Positions 1-9,587 of a stretch of DNA of 64,000 nucleotides are shown here, piece by piece. The stretch lies in sequence record SRR31156797_3598; one strand, written 5' to 3'. Every line of letters starts with the position of its first letter. The stretch's first letter is position 1. A model generated the notes under the pieces. It did no database searches. It was given only the letters and a program-made list of their open reading frames with translations, and was not told the DNA's origin. The translations under genes were made by a program, and so were the position numbers.

Positions 1-1
1 A

Positions 2-175
2 ATGCCTGAAAAATGTGATCACAGATTCGATTTTAAAAAAGGTACACTGTCGAGACCTGACGGAAGTGTGATATTCCGTTATGGGGAAGTGGTGAACAGC
101 TCTGAAAAAGCATATATGATAAAGAGAGTTATAGGCGAAACAATATACTACTATTTCGAGAGATTATCTAATTGA
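2..175 (+). CDS. 3' end of a CDS entering from the left edge (hypothetical)
   Basis: Frame 2 is open from the window start to TGA at 173-175, convergent with gspN; not in ORF track. Confidence 0.55.
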   Translation: MPEKCDHRFDFKKGTLSRPDGSVIFRYGEVVNSSEKAYMIKRVIGETIYYYFERLSN

Positions 176-874
176 AGGCGTAAGCCTGTCCGCTCTGCCG
201 ATCAAAGTTATCTCCTTCTTCTGACCTGCGAGATTAAATGTTCCCTTAATATTTACTGAAGAGCGCTCCGGTGCTTTTTTATTAATAGCTATTGTACCTT
301 TGAGGTTTAGCGCCATAGCATCTTCTGATGTGAGTTTTTTAATGTTGATTTTTCTGCCGTTAGAGTCAGCTTCGATTGTGACATTTTCGAAGTCCATCAT
401 ACCCATAGGCGTTTTAATGCCTGCCTTGTCTGCATTTGCAACGACTTCCGCAGAGCCGTCCTTCGGGTTAGCTTTAATGTCAGTCTTCAGGTTGCCAGTC
501 AGCTTAATCTGGTCTGTGAGGCTATTGATTATGGCGGAGTTGATGTCACCAGCTAAGGTTACTTCATCCGCTGAAAGCTTACCTTCTGCGTTGATTGTTC
601 CGACAAGCTCATAGCCGACTTTACCGAAAACCAGGCTTAAAGGTCCGTGGTGAAGTGTCAGCTTGCCTAGCGGAATGTCTCTTACCTCGAGGTCGTTCAC
701 CTGCGTGGAGAGTGGGCCGCTTGTTAGCTGATCATACCTGAGGTCTATCTTAGCTATTTTCTCTATCTCATTGATAACTTTAACAGCTATATTTTCGTAT
801 GGGAGCGAAAGCCAAAGTGTGGCTACGAATATGAGTAGGAAAGTGATTATGGACAGTGCAATTTTTCTTTTCAT
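164..874 (-). CDS. gspN: T2SS protein N-like
   Basis: N-terminal TM followed by LPY motif, beta-rich periplasmic region, last gene of the gspG-M operon. Confidence 0.75.
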   Translation of the reverse strand: MKRKIALSIITFLLIFVATLWLSLPYENIAVKVINEIEKIAKIDLRYDQLTSGPLSTQVNDLEVRDIPLGKLTLHHGPLSLVFGKVGYELVGTINAEGKLSADEVTLAGDINSAIINSLTDQIKLTGNLKTDIKANPKDGSAEVVANADKAGIKTPMGMMDFENVTIEADSNGRKINIKKLTSEDAMALNLKGTIAINKKAPERSSVNIKGTFNLAGQKKEITLIGRADRLTPSIR

Positions 875-1329
875 CGTTTACTTATATCCATCACAAGATT
901 AAGGAGCTTTTCATTATCGTACCTTTTGCTTATTTTTACATTGCTTGACTCTAGGTTGCCGTAACTTTCGACTGAGCGTAGAAATGCTATAAGCTCGTTA
1001 TAGTTAAGGCTTTCAAGCCGTATAGTAGCGGCTTCAACAGAACCAGGCACACTCTTAGGCTTTATCCCGCCAAGCTTTTCAGCCAGTCCAGATTGTTCAG
1101 CACTGGTCTGAAGAAAGGAGAGGAGACCGCCGTCGATATTTTTCTGCTTTTTGCCGGTTTTTTTGATTTTGGATGCGAGCAGAGAGACTTTCTCTATCTT
1201 TTTCTCAATTGTTACTATATCACTTTTGGTGTTTTTAATCGCAGACTGAAACCACATATGTGTCCAGTAGAACAAAAGGAAAACAGCACCAACGGCAGCA
1301 ACATAAGGCATAATCTTCTGTCTGTTCAT
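871..1329 (-). CDS. gspM: T2SS protein M
   Basis: Single TM, coiled coil, ferredoxin-like C-terminus (LESLNYNELIAFL), position after gspL. Confidence 0.75.
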   Translation of the reverse strand: MNRQKIMPYVAAVGAVFLLFYWTHMWFQSAIKNTKSDIVTIEKKIEKVSLLASKIKKTGKKQKNIDGGLLSFLQTSAEQSGLAEKLGGIKPKSVPGSVEAATIRLESLNYNELIAFLRSVESYGNLESSNVKISKRYDNEKLLNLVMDISKR

Positions 1330-2315
1330 AGGCTTACCCTCAGAGTAAATGTGATGCTTCCGTCCTTCTGAGAGGTGTCCGCTATCTGAGCATTACCGCC
1401 AGCTACCTTGCTAAGCTCCTTTTGAAACTGCTCAAGAAAGGTGTAGTCGCTAGATATCCCCTGTATCGTTACTGTGTCCTGTTTTATATCTAAAGTATTG
1501 GTAGTTATCTTGTTATTGTACGCCTTGCTGACGTCTTCTAGTATGAAAAGGGTTTTGTAGAGAGAGCCGTTATTCCCACCGCCTGCCAGAGCAAGCATCT
1601 TACCATACGGGTCTTTATTTTTAGAAACTCCAGCTTTTTTGTATATGCCCGCTAGTTTTGCTTCAGCTTTTGCAAGTTGGTCTTTATGACCTTTCAGTCT
1701 AAGATAGTCACCAGCACCGAAGATTATTAGGCAGATGATGAGTATCGCAGCCGGAATCTGATATCCGCCTAGGGATACTTTACTGCTTTTGATAAAAGGT
1801 ACGGTCAGCTTTGCCTCAGCAGTAGGAGCCATATCCGGAGCCGTAGGTTCGTCAATAGACTCAGCATTTCCTATAAGCCCATCTTCGACCTTGATGTTCA
1901 TTCCTGCGGCGTTGTAAGTAAAATCATCTTTTACACTGTAGACCCCTGCAAGTGGTGATGTTATGTAGGATGCTTTTGAAAAAACACTTTCATACTTTTG
2001 AAATGCCTCTTCGAAAGCTCCGCTGAACATGCCTATGAGGATGTTATCACCCTTTTTAAAATAGCAAAACCTGCTGCAAAGTGATTGCGGGAAAGTGCCC
2101 TGAAGATAATTTGAAATAAACATATCTAGCTTACGCTTTGGTGCTTCGGGAAATTCCATAGTGGTATAAAAAAGCTCAGCATCGGATATGACAACGGCGT
2201 ACCCAGCCTTAAGCCCGTCTAGCTCAGCATCAGAGAGTACATGCATGCCGGCAGGTGTAATAGCCCTGAAAGCCCCACTCTCAAAAACCAGAAACTGTTT
2301 AGTAGTATTGTCCAT
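1326..2315 (-). CDS. gspL: T2SS protein L-like
   Basis: Cytoplasmic N-domain, one TM, PilN-like C-terminus; position between gspK and gspM. Confidence 0.7.
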   Translation of the reverse strand: MDNTTKQFLVFESGAFRAITPAGMHVLSDAELDGLKAGYAVVISDAELFYTTMEFPEAPKRKLDMFISNYLQGTFPQSLCSRFCYFKKGDNILIGMFSGAFEEAFQKYESVFSKASYITSPLAGVYSVKDDFTYNAAGMNIKVEDGLIGNAESIDEPTAPDMAPTAEAKLTVPFIKSSKVSLGGYQIPAAILIICLIIFGAGDYLRLKGHKDQLAKAEAKLAGIYKKAGVSKNKDPYGKMLALAGGGNNGSLYKTLFILEDVSKAYNNKITTNTLDIKQDTVTIQGISSDYTFLEQFQKELSKVAGGNAQIADTSQKDGSITFTLRVSL

Positions 2316-3222
2316 TTATACCTGCCAGAAAATTAACTATCTCAGTGCTTGTGCCGTCCTTTTTCACTATTGCGTGATAATATCTCGGCACGTCGTTTAA
2401 GGTTACTTCGGTTTTGATGTAAAATAAAGTGCTTTTTACAGTAATAAAAGGGAGTATTTTCAAGTATATATCCTTCGGCAGATCCGTAGCTTCCTGAATG
2501 TTGGAAGGATCCTTAAAATCGTTTGCGCTTGCGTAGGATATAATATCTTCTGAATAAGGCTCAAGTTCCGGTAGAAATGCGTTTATCGTTTCCGCTGATG
2601 CAAAGTTTATATTTATCGCTTTCTGAGGTGAGTATACGGTGAAGTAATCTTTTGCAACGTTAAACTGTTCGTTGTTGTCCATCAGAAGGCGAAGTTCGTA
2701 TAATGTGCTGAACGGTCTGTTTTTAGTGTTAAATGTCACTCCGTTACGTTCGTATTCAACCCCTTCCTCGCCACTTTCTGATGTCTCGTCGTCCGAGTCG
2801 ATATAGTCTTTAACGATACCACATTCGAGGGAGTCCAGCTCAAGGTCATCGGCTATATTATTGCAAGCATCAAGGTGCCTCTTCGCAATGTCCTCGTCAC
2901 TGTCCAGCATATTATTAAGGGATATCTTGCCGTTGATAGGTCTTATGTCTACTGAGATATATCCGTATGGTATCTCAACCACAGGGACAAGCGCCCAGTC
3001 GTCTCTTGGTGTGTCATAGGTTGTGTCGTCCTCTTTCAGAGCATCCACAACAGCAGTGAGGGCTGTCATGGCGTATATACCCGACTGGTTAGAAAGGAAA
3101 TCTCCGGATGCTTCCTCGACACTTTTTGTGCTACGCTCGTGGATGAGCAGCACGGTTGAGGCGGCAAAAGCTATAAAGATAAGTACAAATATGAGGACTG
3201 AGCCCCTTCTGTTTAGTTCCAA
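2299..3222 (-). CDS. gspK: T2SS minor pseudopilin K
   Basis: RG-SVLIFVL prepilin-like N-terminus, GKISLN, DYIDSD, ININFAS motifs. Confidence 0.9.
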   Translation of the reverse strand: MELNRRGSVLIFVLIFIAFAASTVLLIHERSTKSVEEASGDFLSNQSGIYAMTALTAVVDALKEDDTTYDTPRDDWALVPVVEIPYGYISVDIRPINGKISLNNMLDSDEDIAKRHLDACNNIADDLELDSLECGIVKDYIDSDDETSESGEEGVEYERNGVTFNTKNRPFSTLYELRLLMDNNEQFNVAKDYFTVYSPQKAININFASAETINAFLPELEPYSEDIISYASANDFKDPSNIQEATDLPKDIYLKILPFITVKSTLFYIKTEVTLNDVPRYYHAIVKKDGTSTEIVNFLAGINGQYY

Positions 3223-3773
3223 TTTGCACCTGTATAATCTGTGTTTTTACTCGTATGACCTGCACCTGCGATGAATACTATCTCATTCCCGCTAACAGTC
3301 ATTGTCACTTTTATTATTGTATCCAGCTCGTCTGCATCATCAACAAACCTATAGCCGTTGTGGGACTGTACGCTGAATTTGTCTACATTGCCTATGAGCA
3401 GGATTTTCCACTCGTAATCGTGTATATCAGAGGTCTCTTCCCTAACGAGGTATCCGTCTTCGACGTAATATCTAATGTCTACAGGGAAGGCTTTCTCCAT
3501 TTTTATACTGTTATTGGTTCTGAAGCTTAGGGTGTCAGTCTCCCCGTGGTTTACCTTGAGAGTTTTAAAGTGCATCTGGAGCATGTCCGGCTTTATGGCG
3601 CTTCTGGCTGAGAGGAGCAGGTTGTTTTTGTAATAACTCTCCTCCGTAGCAGCTTTAGTATTCAGAAGTGAGTCGAATGTGGTATAAACCCCTGTGAGCA
3701 CCATGATAGACAGAGTCAGTGCGATCAGAAGCTCTAATATTGTAAAACCTTTACTCCTGTTCGTAGTAGACAT
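3213..3773 (-). CDS. gspJ: T2SS minor pseudopilin J
   Basis: KGFTILELLIA prepilin cleavage motif; start placed at MSTTNR. Confidence 0.8.
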   Translation of the reverse strand: MSTTNRSKGFTILELLIALTLSIMVLTGVYTTFDSLLNTKAATEESYYKNNLLLSARSAIKPDMLQMHFKTLKVNHGETDTLSFRTNNSIKMEKAFPVDIRYYVEDGYLVREETSDIHDYEWKILLIGNVDKFSVQSHNGYRFVDDADELDTIIKVTMTVSGNEIVFIAGAGHTSKNTDYTGANWN

Positions 3774-4092
3774 AGCTGGATGACACTCCTTCATATTCTG
3801 ATGTGAAAGTTATCTCTGTAACACCTGGGAACAGGGTGGGTTGTTCTTCTTTTGTATAGTTCATCTTAACGCCGAGCACGTTCCGTCCGTTATCCGTTTC
3901 TCTGAAAGATCTGCCGGGGTAATTAATGAACTCAAGCACTCGTTGATAGCCGACCTCAACCACCAGTGATTTCTTCTGAGCATAGTCAGACATATCAATA
4001 GACATAGCAGAGAGACGGTATATGCCGAGCATGCTAATGGAAAGCACCGCCATAGCTATCAGAACCTCTAGTAACGTAAAGCCCTTTTTCAT
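3751..4092 (-). CDS. gspI: T2SS minor pseudopilin I
   Basis: KKGFTLLEVLIA motif, 113 aa, position. Confidence 0.8.
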   Translation of the reverse strand: MKKGFTLLEVLIAMAVLSISMLGIYRLSAMSIDMSDYAQKKSLVVEVGYQRVLEFINYPGRSFRETDNGRNVLGVKMNYTKEEQPTLFPGVTEITFTSEYEGVSSSYVYYEQE

Positions 4093-4502
4093 TTCAGCAC
4101 CGCCCTTGAAAGAGCAGGGTAGCCCTCGAGGACACTTTTATCGGTGAATGTAATTTTAAAGTGGTCGAAAATCCCGTCTGGGTAAAAGTAGATATGATAT
4201 TCTGAGCTTCCGGTGGAGTTATCATTAATATAAGCTTGTGATACGGTTCCTTCCGGTATGCTAACACGCTCTCCATTCTGAAGCAGCAGGTTGTCAGAGC
4301 CTTTGTAGCCAGTAATAAACACCTGAGTATTTAGTTCTTTTGCGATTTTTAGGTGGTTTTCGATTATCTTGTCAAAGAAGCTTTCGGTTTTGTTTGAGAG
4401 TATAGTGTTTTCAGCCAGCCGAGGGGCAACAGTCATAAGACCAAGCCCCATGATGACCATAACTATAAGTATTTCTACAAGGGTAAACCCCTGTTCTTTC
4501 AT
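4089..4502 (-). CDS. gspH: T2SS minor pseudopilin H
   Basis: QGFTLVEILIV motif, C-terminal FYPDG. Confidence 0.8.
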   Translation of the reverse strand: MKEQGFTLVEILIVMVIMGLGLMTVAPRLAENTILSNKTESFFDKIIENHLKIAKELNTQVFITGYKGSDNLLLQNGERVSIPEGTVSQAYINDNSTGSSEYHIYFYPDGIFDHFKITFTDKSVLEGYPALSRAVLK

Positions 4503-4505
4503 AAT

Positions 4506-4931
4506 TTACTCGTAGTTTTTAATGTCAGCGGCGAAATCTTCTCCGCCTTCTTTCCCGTCAGAGCCGTATGAGATGATATCGTAATCTCTGTCATCTTCGC
4601 CGGGGCTGCGGTATATGTAGTCGTTATCCCAAGGGTCTTTAATGTTGTTAGCCTCGAGATATCCGCCCTTTTTATAATTCTTAGGTACAGGCTCAGTGTC
4701 CGGCTTAGTTATGAGAGCTTCAAGCCCCTGATCTGTAGTTGGGTAGTAGCCGTTTTCAAGCTTATAGATTTTAAGAGTTGATTCGATGGCTTTGATGTCG
4801 AGCTGTGCCTTGGTGACACGAGCCTCATCAGGCTTATCTAGGAACTTTGGTACAAGCAGTGTTCCTAAGATCCCTAAAATAACAATTACAACAAGCACTT
4901 CGATAATTGTGAATCCTTTACTGTTTCCCAC
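4506..4931 (-). CDS. gspG: T2SS major pseudopilin G
   Basis: [38 protein letters not shown] start at 4931 preceded by GGAG. Confidence 0.95.
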   Translation of the reverse strand: MGNSKGFTIIEVLVVIVILGILGTLLVPKFLDKPDEARVTKAQLDIKAIESTLKIYKLENGYYPTTDQGLEALITKPDTEPVPKNYKKGGYLEANNIKDPWDNDYIYRSPGEDDRDYDIISYGSDGKEGGEDFAADIKNYE

Positions 4932-5002
4932 TTTTCCACTCCGGTATATTTTTTCTAAGATTATATTTGACAAAAACACTTTGTACAATAGATAGTTTAG
5001 TT

Positions 5003-5410
5003 ATGGATAAAAAGCATTTTACAACCAGACAGTGCTTTCTGATGCTTGTTTTGGCAGGTTTTGCTTGGTTTTGGCTCAGGCTTTCACACGGCAGCCTTAC
5101 ACCTGTGCCTGTTGGCGACATTTTTATTTTCCTCATTTTCGCCCCAATAGCTGAGGAGATGTTTTTTCGTGGTGTTGTTCAGGATATGCTTAAAAGCAGG
5201 ATTTCAGGCAAAATCACCTTTCTCACTTATGCGAATATTCTCGCTTCAGCTCTATTTGCGTTAGCTCATATCCCTTTCTGGGGAGTGCCTCATTCTATGC
5301 TGGTATTCATACCATCTCTGGCGTTCGGGTTTCTTTTTGACAGGACAGGAAAACTTCACTATTCAATAATTTTACATCTACTTTATAATCTAAACATTTT
5401 TATAGTTTGA
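5003..5410 (+). CDS. CPBP/CAAX family glutamic intramembrane protease (JDVT-CTERM/myxosortase-like)
   Basis: EEMFFRG, FALAH and HLLYN motifs, about 4 TMs, first gene upstream of gspC. Confidence 0.85.
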   Translation: MDKKHFTTRQCFLMLVLAGFAWFWLRLSHGSLTPVPVGDIFIFLIFAPIAEEMFFRGVVQDMLKSRISGKITFLTYANILASALFALAHIPFWGVPHSMLVFIPSLAFGFLFDRTGKLHYSIILHLLYNLNIFIV

Positions 5411-5440
5411 AAATGCATGTATTCGTGGTAATCATATACG

Positions 5441-6295
5441 ATGAGGCTGAATAATTACCAATATCTGATATATACTGCAGTTCTGGCTTTCTGCTCCGCA
5501 TGGTTGGTGAGCGGGTGGATATCTATGACTACTGCCTCTGATATCGATTTTTCTTCCGGCTCAAAAAGCAAGTCCAAACGGACAGTGGTAAAGCTCCCTG
5601 ATACTAAGCTTATAGCAGATAAGAATATTTTCAAAGCTGATACTGGTGCACCTGTAGCCTCTGTTACTGAAACACGCACCTCTGTTGAGAATGTTGAAAC
5701 TGTCTCAGCTTCCCCAGCAGGCTTTAAGGCTGTGCTTCTCGGTGTTCTATCCAGTGAAAATGAATCTATGGCTGTAATCAACTATAACTCTAAGAAATAT
5801 ATACTGAGGGAAGATGTCGAACAAGACGGCATAACCCTTCTTGAGACAGGCTTCTATCACGTTGTTGTGAGTCATGGCGGTAAAGAGTATAAGCTGATTC
5901 TTATCAGCGATAAGAGTAAAACCTCAAATATACCTAACAGTTCAGGTGTAAAATCTAGTAATTCCTCCAGCTCTGAGAATTTTAAAATATCCAGAAAGGA
6001 AGTTGTGGAAAAGCTTACTAATGTTAATGATGTAATTAAGTCTGTGCTGATTGTGCCTTTTGAGCGCAACGGTCAGTTCGAAGGATATAAAGTGCGCAGG
6101 ATAGCGGGGCAGTCAGTTCTTAAAAAGCTCGGTATCAGACGCAATGATGTTATAATGAGGCTTAACGGCAAGTCTTTGGATACGCCGACAGTCTTTTTCG
6201 AGACTCTTAAAAATGCTGAGAATGTCAGCAATGTGACCCTTGATATACTCAGGGGCGGTAAAAAGAAGACAATTTTCGTGGAGATAGAAGGATGA
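5441..6295 (+). CDS. gspC: T2SS protein C with PDZ domain
   Basis: N-terminal TM, HR domain, PDZ (KLGIRRNDVIMRLNG), precedes secretin. Confidence 0.85.
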   Translation: MRLNNYQYLIYTAVLAFCSAWLVSGWISMTTASDIDFSSGSKSKSKRTVVKLPDTKLIADKNIFKADTGAPVASVTETRTSVENVETVSASPAGFKAVLLGVLSSENESMAVINYNSKKYILREDVEQDGITLLETGFYHVVVSHGGKEYKLILISDKSKTSNIPNSSGVKSSNSSSSENFKISRKEVVEKLTNVNDVIKSVLIVPFERNGQFEGYKVRRIAGQSVLKKLGIRRNDVIMRLNGKSLDTPTVFFETLKNAENVSNVTLDILRGGKKKTIFVEIEG

Positions 6296-8142
6296 GATTA
6301 ATCAGATTAGCACTAATTATGTGCATGATGTTTTTCACTTTTTCGGCATTCGCTGCCGAGGTTAACGTTAATTTTCGTGATATGGAGATGCAGGAGTTTG
6401 TGAGCTTTGTATCCGAATTTACCGGAAAGAACTTTGTCTATGATAAGAAGGACTTAAAAGGTACAGTGAGCATCGAATCCTCATCCGAGATGGGCACTGA
6501 CGATATAATGGAGATTTTCGCATCGACACTCAGAGCTAACGGGCTTGAGATTGTAGAGAGAGGAACATACATTGAGATCGTAAAGCAGAGTGATATCAAC
6601 GATATATCTGACTCAGCAGGAACAGGGGACGGTAATGCTCTCATTACAACCGTTCTTACTGCCAGAAACTACGACACCAAGCTCCTCGCATCTGCTCTCG
6701 GCAGGCTTAAATCTAAGGCGGGATTTGTTGATGTCCTTAAAGGACTTAACGCTGTGGTTATCAGAGACCGCATCGACAGGATCACTAAACTGAAAAAACT
6801 TATGGAAAAGCTGGAGATGAAAGCTTCCGGTTTCTCCATACATATAGTAAAGATTGAGCACTCATCCGCAAAGTCTGTTGAGACCATGCTAAAAAAACTT
6901 TACACAGACATGAAGAAAAAGCTTCTTATTGGTAACGAACCTACTATAGTTGCTGACGATTATTCAAATGTTCTTGTTGTCGCTTGCGACGGCAGAGATT
7001 TCGAAAAGATATCATATGTTATCGCTCAGGTGGACTCTCCTAGTCCGGGAAGCCATAACGCTCCCAGAGTTTTCTACCTTAACAACGCCAACGCCGAAGA
7101 TGTTGAAAAAGTTCTCGGTAAGCTCACAGGTGTTGAGAATCAATCGAAAGGGAAAAAAGCAGTTAAAACAAAATCATCCGTGGCTTTTGATAAAGCTACT
7201 AACTCAATAATAGTTTTCGGTGACCCAGACCTTTACGTGAAGGTTGAAAAGCTTATCGAAAAGCTCGACAAACCGAGGCAGCAGGTTTATGTTGAGGCGC
7301 TCATACTTGAGACCACACTCGAAAGCGGCAATAAATTTGGTGTGGAATGGCAGGCTGGTGGCGGTAGCGGTTCACAGGCTGGTACTATAGGCTATCTCAA
7401 CGACAACAGCTCACTGACAAGTTTCCAGTCGCCAACACTCGACGGCAGCTCGCCAAATTTTGGTGCACTCGGTGGCGGTTTTAGTCTTGGTGTACTAGGT
7501 AATATCATATCCTATGAGGGAGTTAACTTTCCTACTCTCGGTGTCCTTGCTAACTTTGTAAAATCAGCTAATGGTATCAATATCCTTTCTAATCCGCAGA
7601 TTCTTACTATGGACAACGAAGAGGCAGAGGTTTTCGTGGGTGAAAACAGACCTTTCCTCACGAGTACAAAATACGATTCAAACAATAACCCGGTCCAATC
7701 ATATGATTACCGTGATGTGGGTGTTAAACTTAAGATAGTTCCTCAGATTTCTTCAAATGATACAGTTACTTTGAAGATCGAACAGGAAGTTAAAAAGGTA
7801 TCCAGCTCCACTACGGATGCGACAGCGCCGGTAACTCTCACAAGATCGACTAAGACCAAAGTTAAGCTTAAAGACGGCTCTATGATGGTTATTTCAGGCT
7901 TGCTTAAGGACGACTCAGAGAAATATAACTCTGCTGTGCCGGGACTTTCGAGAATACCTCTCCTCGGCTGGCTGTTTAAGTCGAAGACGGGATCATTTGA
8001 AAAGACAAATATGATGGTCTTCATCTCAACATATATTATCCGCTCACAGGACGATGCTGAGAAGCTGACTAAGAAGAAACGTAAGGAATCCGTAGATTTC
8101 AAGAAAGAGATCGATGGTAAAATTAAGAAAGAATTTAAATGA
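6292..8142 (+). CDS. gspD: T2SS secretin D
   Basis: Signal peptide, N domains, LDKPRQQVYVEA, NILSNPQILTMDN, PGLSRIPLLGWLF. Confidence 0.95.
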   Translation: MRLIRLALIMCMMFFTFSAFAAEVNVNFRDMEMQEFVSFVSEFTGKNFVYDKKDLKGTVSIESSSEMGTDDIMEIFASTLRANGLEIVERGTYIEIVKQSDINDISDSAGTGDGNALITTVLTARNYDTKLLASALGRLKSKAGFVDVLKGLNAVVIRDRIDRITKLKKLMEKLEMKASGFSIHIVKIEHSSAKSVETMLKKLYTDMKKKLLIGNEPTIVADDYSNVLVVACDGRDFEKISYVIAQVDSPSPGSHNAPRVFYLNNANAEDVEKVLGKLTGVENQSKGKKAVKTKSSVAFDKATNSIIVFGDPDLYVKVEKLIEKLDKPRQQVYVEALILETTLESGNKFGVEWQAGGGSGSQAGTIGYLNDNSSLTSFQSPTLDGSSPNFGALGGGFSLGVLGNIISYEGVNFPTLGVLANFVKSANGINILSNPQILTMDNEEAEVFVGENRPFLTSTKYDSNNNPVQSYDYRDVGVKLKIVPQISSNDTVTLKIEQEVKKVSSSTTDATAPVTLTRSTKTKVKLKDGSMMVISGLLKDDSEKYNSAVPGLSRIPLLGWLFKSKTGSFEKTNMMVFISTYIIRSQDDAEKLTKKKRKESVDFKKEIDGKIKKEFK

Positions 8143-9587
8143 CAGACTTTGAAAAGCTAATCGAAATATATCTTAAATACCCTGATAGGGGAGACTTTGC
8201 ACCTGTTAAAACCGAAGGGGGAGTTGGCATACTCTACGATGGTCAGCAGGGGCTTGGTAAGGCTAGACACCTCGCATTTGCCACTGGTGTAAATGCTGAG
8301 CTGAAAGCGGCTGACAGACAGGAGATACTCTCCGAACTTGAAATACTCGAGTCTAACCGGGATGATGATTTTGAAGGTGATGGCGATGATTTTGTTGATG
8401 TAGACGACATTTTATCAGCATCCTACGACGACGCCCCTATAATCAAGCTTGTTAACCAGACTATCATTCAGGCGGTAAAAAACGGCGCCAGTGACATCCA
8501 CTTCGAGGGGCTCACAGGGAAATTTTCTGTACGTTTTCGCATAGACGGCAAGCTGACTACTATTAAGCAGTACCCGAAAAGCTTGCAGGAATCAATCATA
8601 GCAAGGCTTAAGGTTGTTTCCGAGCTGGATGTAGCTGAAACACGTAAGGCGCAGGACGGACGAATTAACCTCAAGATTGGTAACAGAGATGTCGATATCA
8701 GGGTTTCCACCATCCCTTCTGTAACTGGTGAAAAAGCTGTACTGAGGATACTTGAAAAATCTAAAAGCTTAGTGACCATAGATAAAACAGGAATGCCGGA
8801 ATCACTTGTCCCTCCGTTTCGCAAAGCGATTAAAAAACCGAATGGCATTATCCTTGTAACTGGTCCGACAGGCTCAGGTAAAACAACAACACTTTACGCC
8901 GCTCTTCAGGAGCTCGTGAGTGATGATACAAACATTATGACAATCGAAGATCCGGTGGAATACCACATGGAAAAAATCACTCAGGTGCAGGTAAACCGCA
9001 CGGTTGACATCACATTCGCCAGTGCCGTGAGGGCTTTTTTAAGGCAGGATCCTGATATTATCCTCATAGGTGAGATAAGAGATACTGAAACTGCTCAGGC
9101 GGCAGTTCAGGCGGCTCTGACTGGGCACCTTGTACTTTCTACACTTCACACAAACTCAGCACCAACAGCGGTTGCGAGGCTTATTGATATGGAAGTTGAA
9201 CCTTTCCTTCTATCCTCATCTGTGAATGCAGTTATTGGTCAGAGGCTTGTCCGTAAGCTTTGCACCCACTGCGCAGAAGAGGTTCAGGCTGAGCAGTATG
9301 TTCAGGACTTCTTCGAAACGGAAGGTCTTACAATAGAAAAATACCGTGAGCCGAGAGGGTGCGAACACTGTATGCACACTGGCTTCTCCGGTCGACTAGG
9401 TGTGTTTGAGATGCTCACTATATCTGACGGTATCCGCAGGCTGATCAATGAGCGTGCAGACGCATCAGCTATAGCTAACGAAGCAAGAAAAGGCGGTTAC
9501 AAACCTCTGATTTATCACGGCTACGAGATGGTTAGGGACGGTATCACGTCTCCTAGTGAGATAATGGCTGTTTCAGGAACAGACTAA
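8139..9587 (+). CDS. gspE: T2SS ATPase E
   Basis: ASDIHFE, Walker A GPTGSGKTT, LRQDPDIILIGEIRD, CxxC...CxxC. Confidence 0.95.
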   Translation: MTDFEKLIEIYLKYPDRGDFAPVKTEGGVGILYDGQQGLGKARHLAFATGVNAELKAADRQEILSELEILESNRDDDFEGDGDDFVDVDDILSASYDDAPIIKLVNQTIIQAVKNGASDIHFEGLTGKFSVRFRIDGKLTTIKQYPKSLQESIIARLKVVSELDVAETRKAQDGRINLKIGNRDVDIRVSTIPSVTGEKAVLRILEKSKSLVTIDKTGMPESLVPPFRKAIKKPNGIILVTGPTGSGKTTTLYAALQELVSDDTNIMTIEDPVEYHMEKITQVQVNRTVDITFASAVRAFLRQDPDIILIGEIRDTETAQAAVQAALTGHLVLSTLHTNSAPTAVARLIDMEVEPFLLSSSVNAVIGQRLVRKLCTHCAEEVQAEQYVQDFFETEGLTIEKYREPRGCEHCMHTGFSGRLGVFEMLTISDGIRRLINERADASAIANEARKGGYKPLIYHGYEMVRDGITSPSEIMAVSGTD

